Positions 58,431-64,000 of a DNA stretch of 64,000 nucleotides are shown piece by piece. The translations under genes were made by a program, and so were the position numbers. The stretch lies in the NCBI GenBank assembly GCA_016839745.1, contig JAEOTS010000009.1, positions 18,131-82,130 of the forward strand. The letters are read 5' to 3'. The stretch is from Promethearchaeota archaeon (lineage in GTDB: Archaea; Asgardarchaeota; Lokiarchaeia; Sigyniarchaeales; SOKP01). Position 1 is the stretch's first letter, and each line of letters starts with the position of its first letter. Under the pieces are notes generated by a model. It was not told the origin of the DNA, made no database searches, and saw only the letters and a list, made by a program, of their open reading frames with translations.

Positions 58431-58838
58431 CTAATCCTCTTTATTATTTGGCTTGAAATCCAAAGAGATCGAGTTCATACAGTATCGTAAGCCAGTAGGT
58501 TTAGGTCCATCATCAAATACGTGTCCCAAATGCCCTCCACACTTGCTGCATAATACTTCTGTTCTTCTCATGCTTAAACTATTATCCGGGGTCTCATTGA
58601 TATTAGAATCAGTAATGGGGGCTGAAAAACTAGGCCATCCTGAACCTGATTTAAATTTAGATTTTGAATGGAAAAGAGGAGTCCCACATCCTGCACAATA
58701 ATAAATACCCTTTTCCTTATTATTCCAGTGTTTTCCTGTGAAGGGTTTTTCAGTTCCTTTTAATCGTAGCACGCGATACTGTTCCTCTGTTAACTTTTCC
58801 TTCCATTCTTCTTCATTATTAGTTTCATTTTCTGTCAT
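58431..58838 (-). CDS. msrB: Peptide-methionine (R)-S-oxide reductase (Cys form)
   Basis: GTE.PF, CxxC, GWPSF, RTEV.Cxx[11 protein letters not shown] and RYCMNS motifs. Confidence 0.96.
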   Translation of the reverse strand: MTENETNNEEEWKEKLTEEQYRVLRLKGTEKPFTGKHWNNKEKGIYYCAGCGTPLFHSKSKFKSGSGWPSFSAPITDSNINETPDNSLSMRRTEVLCSKCGGHLGHVFDDGPKPTGLRYCMNSISLDFKPNNKED

Positions 58839-59034
58839 CTTAATTATAAGAATAAATGTTGAATTATTATATGTTGTTCTTATATCCTTTTAATTAAAGC
58901 CAAGTTCCATTAACAAATTGAAGCTAAAAAGAGAAGAAAGAGTTTAAAATATTATTCATACACTTAAATAGTCTCAATCTGTATCAAAATTTTTAATTGG
59001 TTTCTATTTTTATTATTATCAATAATATTATACT

Positions 59035-60153
59035 GTGGAAACAAAAAAAGAGAATTTTAAAAAAATGCTGGATCCATGGGGTTCTTCTAGTCCTTTAGAT
59101 GATGAGGATTACGAGAGAATAATAAGAGAATTTGGAATTGAAGAAGTCAACGAAGTATTAAGACAAAAGCTAATAAAGAATAGATTTTTCAGAAGAAAAA
59201 TTATTTTTGGTCATCGCGATTTAGCTTTAGTGTTTAAGGCAATTGAAGAAAACAAACCATGGGCTGTAATGAGTGGTATTAAACCATCTGGACCGTATCA
59301 TTTAGGGACTTCAACTACTGCTTTAGAAATCGTTGAATTTCAAAAGATGGGAGGGACAGTGTATTATGGCATAGCAGATATTGAATCTTGGGAAGATAAT
59401 GGAATATCTTACGAAGAGGCGGAACCAAATGCAGTAGATAATCTTGCTGATATATTAGCGTTTGGGTTAGATCCTTCGCCAGATAGAACATATATTTGGA
59501 GACAATCTAAGGAGCCCCTGGTTAAAGACATATGCTTTAAAGTAAGTAGATTAGTAACTCAAAAAATGTTAAACGCAATTTACGGAGAGAAAACGTTTGG
59601 GCTCTATTTAGCCGCTCTGATCCAAGTAGGGGATATTGTTCTTCCTCAGGTTATAGAAGGACCACAACCAACTATAGTCCCCGTAGGAATCGATCAGGAT
59701 CCACATATAAGGCTTACTAGAGATCTTACACGGAGGTATTATAAAACATTTTTCTTACCTGGAGCAACATATCATTATCTTTTAGCGGGGATAGATGGAT
59801 CAGATAAAATGGCAAAGAGAAATCCTAATAGTTCTTTCACTTTCAACGAATCCTTAGAATCAATAGAAAATAAAGTTAAGGGTGCTTTGACTGGGGGGCG
59901 TAAAAATAAGAAAGAACAACAAGAACTTGGGGGAGAACCTAGAAAATGTATGATTTATAAAATGTTAATGTATCATTTTGAAGAAGATGATGATGTACTA
60001 GCTGATGAATTTGAAAGATGTGTTAAAGGAGAGTTATTGTGCGGTGAACATAAATCGCAATGCGTTGAGAAGGTCTTGAAATTTATTAAGCAACATCAGA
60101 AGAAGAAAGAAAAATTAATTGATAAGGCGAGAGAGCTTTTAAAAATCGATTAG
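59035..60153 (+). CDS. trpS: Tryptophanyl-tRNA synthetase (archaeal type) with atypical signature motifs
   Basis: DPWGS, RRKIIFGHRD, SGIKPSG..HLG, VPVGIDQDPH.RL.RD, ALTGGR and GELLCGE.K motifs. Confidence 0.88.
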   Translation: METKKENFKKMLDPWGSSSPLDDEDYERIIREFGIEEVNEVLRQKLIKNRFFRRKIIFGHRDLALVFKAIEENKPWAVMSGIKPSGPYHLGTSTTALEIVEFQKMGGTVYYGIADIESWEDNGISYEEAEPNAVDNLADILAFGLDPSPDRTYIWRQSKEPLVKDICFKVSRLVTQKMLNAIYGEKTFGLYLAALIQVGDIVLPQVIEGPQPTIVPVGIDQDPHIRLTRDLTRRYYKTFFLPGATYHYLLAGIDGSDKMAKRNPNSSFTFNESLESIENKVKGALTGGRKNKKEQQELGGEPRKCMIYKMLMYHFEEDDDVLADEFERCVKGELLCGEHKSQCVEKVLKFIKQHQKKKEKLIDKARELLKID

Positions 60154-60160
60154 TGAATAC

Positions 60161-61096
60161 TTAGGATCGCGTTAGTAATGGTTTCAATATCTCTATTAAT
60201 TCCGATATAAAGTCTGAAAATTTCTCTAAAAACGGTTCCTTTAGCTTTTCTTTAATAACTACTGAAACAAATAATGACTCATTTTCTAGTTCAATTCTAT
60301 GTAGATACGATATTAGCTCGTCCCCTATTGATGAGAGAGCGTAATCGGTTTCATAAGATTCTTCTTGCATCCTTTTAAGTAGAAACAAGTGTTCTTTAAT
60401 GGATTCTATAAGTTCGACGTATATTTCAGGTTCAATAATGTCCTTATAATACTCACTTAAAATTATTCCATTTTTATCAAACAAAATTAACGATTCACTC
60501 TCAAATTGTATGAGATATTTCTCTAACAACTCAGACAAATCGAAAAATTTTTCGTCAAATACGGATAGCCCATAAGAAATCAACTGAATAATTGAGATTA
60601 TATCGTAAATTGATGTTTGTTGAAATAATATTTTATAAGAGGGATATTTTTTTAATAAATGCTCTCTTAACGATTCTATTTCTTCAATCATTCCTTCATT
60701 TCCACTAAATTCAGGATCAAACTTATGAAAGCTAATTATAAGAGGCACATCCATCTTATGCTTCTTAAAGCTCTGCAAGATTGCATCTAAATATGTTAGA
60801 GAAGTTTTGATTCTTTTTGTGTCTTGAATATCGATGATATAGATAAGTAAGTCCGTGTTAGAAAAATATAGTTCTTGTTTTTCTTGATATAATTTTCTAT
60901 ATTTCTCTTGTCCTCCCATATCCCAAAAAACTATTCGATTTTTTAGAAACTCTGTGGCTTGATATTCAACTCGAATAGTTGGTGTGAGGGAAATTATATC
61001 TTTTTGAAAGTCGTATTTTTTATTTAGCGCCGTCAGAATTGATGTTTTACCCGCATTATCCAAACCGGATACTATTACCTTAATAATTCTTTCCAT
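60161..61096 (-). CDS. Arf/Rag-like small GTPase with a C-terminal roadblock/longin-like domain
   Basis: GLDNAGKT, PT, WDMGGQ, HKFD and TSI motifs; C-terminal LILFDKNGIILSE domain. Confidence 0.85.
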   Translation of the reverse strand: MERIIKVIVSGLDNAGKTSILTALNKKYDFQKDIISLTPTIRVEYQATEFLKNRIVFWDMGGQEKYRKLYQEKQELYFSNTDLLIYIIDIQDTKRIKTSLTYLDAILQSFKKHKMDVPLIISFHKFDPEFSGNEGMIEEIESLREHLLKKYPSYKILFQQTSIYDIISIIQLISYGLSVFDEKFFDLSELLEKYLIQFESESLILFDKNGIILSEYYKDIIEPEIYVELIESIKEHLFLLKRMQEESYETDYALSSIGDELISYLHRIELENESLFVSVVIKEKLKEPFLEKFSDFISELIEILKPLLTRS

Positions 61097-61353
61097 AATC
61101 TCAAACCGGTACTCATCAAAAATAAATCAAAATTTAAAAAAAACTTATAGAACCTTTTTTAAATGAAGAATATAATGAAATTTTTTAAATATAAGTGAAA
61201 TTCATTATTTTTAACCTTATTGTCTTTTTCTAATTTGCGTCCTTCTATCTCAAATCCCTAATATTACTCGAAAAATACATACATGACACTACTATTTTTT
61301 ATTGATTGTCATTTTAATTTGGTCAAAATACTAATTTAAAAAAGAGGATTTAA

Positions 61354-61575
61354 TTGATAGAAGAAGAAAACAACTTTTTGGAATTTTTAAATTACCAAAT
61401 AACACAGAAGAATAAATTTGAACATGTGGTCCGAAAAATTCCACTTTTTAAAAGTATGATACAAGAACGCCATAAAACTATCCTAAAGACGATAGATAAA
61501 TTTGAGGCTATTCGCCGCCGAGAAGTTTACGACATGCTTGTTGACGAATTTAATAAGATATCAAAAAGAATATAA
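61354..61575 (+). CDS. Hypothetical protein
   Basis: 73 aa; GAGGA RBS before a TTG start. Confidence 0.55.
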   Translation: MIEEENNFLEFLNYQITQKNKFEHVVRKIPLFKSMIQERHKTILKTIDKFEAIRRREVYDMLVDEFNKISKRI

Positions 61576-61601
61576 ATTTTTTTCATTTTATTTTTAGGTA
61601 G

Positions 61602-62036
61602 TTATTCCCCAATAATTTGACAGTAAATAGTCCTATGTCGGGGTTTTTCGTCGTTCTCCAAAAAGCAAACATTTTGCCAGCTGCCAAGAATTAACTTGTT
61701 ATTATGAAAGGGGAAAGTTTGAGAAGTTTTGATTAGGAAACTTCTTAGATGTCCTGCTCCATTATAGTCGTGCCATGTTTTGTGGTGTGCATAATTCTTT
61801 TTGTAAGGAATTATTTTTTCTAGAAAATCATTAATATCCGTTTGAACTAATCCGGGTTCATATTCAATAGTTGATATCGCGCCAGTGGATCCCGCAACAT
61901 GAACATTCACGATACCGTCTTTCAATCCTGTTTTTTCAATTGCGTTTTGCACTTGGGAAGTGATGTTAATTACATCGCAATAAGCTTTAGTTTTTAAATC
62001 AAAAGTTTCTAATATAACGGTCATGATTTCTTTCAC
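61602..62036 (-). CDS. YjbQ/UPF0047 family protein
   Basis: NIT..V, GST..I.TIEYEPGL, HH..W.D.NG.GHLRS and LG.WQ motifs. Confidence 0.9.
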   Translation of the reverse strand: MKEIMTVILETFDLKTKAYCDVINITSQVQNAIEKTGLKDGIVNVHVAGSTGAISTIEYEPGLVQTDINDFLEKIIPYKKNYAHHKTWHDYNGAGHLRSFLIKTSQTFPFHNNKLILGSWQNVCFLENDEKPRHRTIYCQIIGE

Positions 62037-62124
62037 TACTTCGTTATTTTTAATAATAAATTTAATTAATTATACTAATTTAAAACTATATATATTACAG
62101 AACTTATTAGCTTCTTGAATTAAA

Positions 62125-62544
62125 ATGAGTGACAAGCTGGACGAATTCTTAAAAAAAATTCACGATCCGAAAAATAACCTTCCACTTTATATTACAATTA
62201 TCGTACGCCCCGGTAAAAAATTAATTGATTTCAAAATAAAAAAAGAAGAAGCAAATATTTTAAGAGTAATTGCTCACGAAGAGAAAAGTACTGGTTATTT
62301 TATTCATTCATTTCACATTCCAATAAAGAATATTGGGCTTACTCCGGACTCCAAAGACAAAGAGATTCTTGCAAATCTATCCAATCCGATTAAAATACCA
62401 AACAAAGCGACTAAAGCTTTTGTTGAAGATATTTTAAGGAAATATATTAATATATTACCAGAGAAAAAGAAGCACTACTTCAAAACGGAGAGGTATAAGA
62501 AAAAGAAAGAGTTCCAAACCGGTGTTAAATTAAAAGGCTTTTAA
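62125..62544 (+). CDS. Hypothetical basic protein
   Basis: 139 aa ORF with ATG start; its stop abuts that of the convergent neighbour. Confidence 0.65.
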   Translation: MSDKLDEFLKKIHDPKNNLPLYITIIVRPGKKLIDFKIKKEEANILRVIAHEEKSTGYFIHSFHIPIKNIGLTPDSKDKEILANLSNPIKIPNKATKAFVEDILRKYINILPEKKKHYFKTERYKKKKEFQTGVKLKGF

Positions 62545-62880
62545 TTACTTTATTTTGCTTCCAATTGGGACATTTTTTTCGTTCCTCTCATCTAATTTTA
62601 GTAAAAAGGCTTCACCGTTATAATCAGCCGCTAAAAGCATTCCTTGACTTTCTAATCCCATAATGTTTTTTGGCATAAGATTGGTTAAAACAACAATTTT
62701 CTTATTAACTAATTCTTCTGATGAATAGAACTTAGAAATTCCAGTAATAATTTGTCTCAAATTTTCCTCACCACAATCCACTAATAATCGATACAGATGC
62801 TTAGATTTTGGAATAGATTCACAAATCTTAATAATTCCAACGCGTAAATCTAATTTTGCGAAGTCTCTATAATTTATCAC
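62545..62880 (-). CDS. Stand-alone tRNA-binding OB-fold protein (Trbp111/MetRS C-terminal-like)
   Basis: DF.KLDLRVG.I, RQII.GI and NL.P..IMG.ESQGMLLAA motifs. Confidence 0.9.
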   Translation of the reverse strand: MINYRDFAKLDLRVGIIKICESIPKSKHLYRLLVDCGEENLRQIITGISKFYSSEELVNKKIVVLTNLMPKNIMGLESQGMLLAADYNGEAFLLKLDERNEKNVPIGSKIK

Positions 62881-63755
62881 TATTTTTCATCACCTCTTAA
62901 AGGCATACCGTTTAATTCTACAAACTCGTCTTGTTTTGGTTTCTTTTCTCGATAAGGATTTCTAACATCTTTGATTTTTCTTGCAAACGTTATGTAGCCC
63001 GTATGCCCAATCATTCGAACTTCAGGATGGGTTGCGTTCTCTTTTACTTGAAATTTCCTTTTTATTAATTCGTACGTATTTATTTCATAAAATTCGTTCT
63101 CTTGTAGAGCAAAAGTTGTTTTTTTAACTTGTTCTATTGTTGGTGAAAAAGAAACTAAAGTTCCACTGAATTTTAGATATTTTTTAATTCTTTCAATTGC
63201 CTTCCAAGGTTGTGGCATATCTAAAACAACAGAATCAACATTAGCGTGCTCAAAATCATCGATTAAAATATCTCCATATTGAATTGAAACGAAATCTTTC
63301 AAGTTAGCCTTTATAACATTACTTAAAGCCCTTTTCAAACTTTTTTCTCTAATATCATACGAAAAAATATATCCATTCGGGCGGACATAATTTCCTAAAA
63401 TACAGGTTAATGCTCCAGAACCACAACCCGCTTCGATAACCTTACTCCCTGGTCCGATTCCAGAATAGACTAAGATTAACCCTGCGTCTTCTGGATATAT
63501 TATTTGAGTCTTGCGGCTCATATAAATCACATAATCGGATGGTAATGGTTTAAGAACATAGAATTTGTATCCTTGAGTTTCATAAGGTTGCGAAAAAATT
63601 ACGGAACCAAAAGGTTTTCCTATAATTTCATCGAATTTTATGATACCTTTATGAGTTTGAAATTCTCTCCCTTCTTCTACAGTAACCAACCACTTTCTTC
63701 TATTATCAAGAATTAAGTAAATTAAATCGTTCTTTTTTATTATTTCTTCTGCCAT
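62880..63755 (-). CDS. trmI: tRNA (adenine-57/58-N1)-methyltransferase
   Basis: THKG, R.TQIIYP.D, EAG.GSGALT, LDMPQPW, FSPTIEQV and GHTGY motifs. Confidence 0.94.
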   Translation of the reverse strand: MAEEIIKKNDLIYLILDNRRKWLVTVEEGREFQTHKGIIKFDEIIGKPFGSVIFSQPYETQGYKFYVLKPLPSDYVIYMSRKTQIIYPEDAGLILVYSGIGPGSKVIEAGCGSGALTCILGNYVRPNGYIFSYDIREKSLKRALSNVIKANLKDFVSIQYGDILIDDFEHANVDSVVLDMPQPWKAIERIKKYLKFSGTLVSFSPTIEQVKKTTFALQENEFYEINTYELIKRKFQVKENATHPEVRMIGHTGYITFARKIKDVRNPYREKKPKQDEFVELNGMPLRGDEK

Positions 63756-64000
63756 AGTTTGCCCTATCTTTAAAAAATGATTTCTCCTTATAATGTTAGA
63801 ATTATTCTAAAGCTTTCGTGTTATTATCTTTACATAATTGTAATTTTTCTTTGCTAATTAGAAAAATATAAACGAGATTTTACAAAAAATATTAAATCAA
63901 TGATAAATTGAAATACTCAATCATTGTTTATGCAACCTTTTTTATAAATACTCGTTAATGAATTTATCTATGAGTAGGGCTAACACAAATACCTCCCAAA

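Noticed and set aside
636-58701. Short ORFs in the track lying antisense to or inside long genes (e.g. 636-857, 6224-6490, 9699-10022, 19899-20135, 30635-30961, 56363-56743)
   Set aside because: These are shadow frames of well-supported genes with no motifs of their own.
1-64000. CRISPR array, rRNA, transposase or prophage genes
   Set aside because: No regularly spaced repeats, long GC-rich RNA genes or mobile-element proteins were seen; intergenic gaps are all under about 450 bp.
63970-64000. Start of a gene at the right edge (ATG AGT AGG GCT...)
   Set aside because: Only 10 codons are visible, too little to support a call.

Overview
A 64 kb, low-GC (about 30% by eye), gene-dense chromosomal segment of an anaerobic archaeon, almost certainly an Asgard archaeon (Lokiarchaeia/Promethearchaeota). 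The evidence is archaeal informational genes (thermosome, Cdc48, TrmI, archaeal TrpRS, archaemetzincin), three small GTPases of MglA-like and Arf/Rag-like type, and an IPGY-TM-basic (Loki-CTERM-like) surface protein. It contains about 59 protein genes and tRNA-Pro(TGG). Main blocks: a DAP-lysine cluster (dapF, lysA, dapB, dapA); an hsp20-cdc48-wHTH regulator-zincin heat-shock unit; a LysR/DsrE/TusA sulfur or selenium relay unit; an orphan adenine methyltransferase; two metVF pairs; and a 10 kb hdrA/mvhD/metVF operon with no hdrBC, facing an FrhB-family gene. I saw no CRISPR array, rRNA, integrase or transposase. Best leads: (1) a possible F420-linked, HdrBC-less electron-bifurcating methylene-H4folate reductase built from a split and a fused copy of the same HdrA-HdrA-MvhD architecture; (2) an unannotated box C/D-like RNA after lysA whose 5' leader can pair with both of its own guides; (3) a Cdc48 with a p97-like DDMYR tail in a heat-shock unit with a candidate operator and a HEXXH protease; (4) near-total avoidance of TGA as stop codon (1 of 58 genes). 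All family calls come from motif recognition by eye, not database searches.
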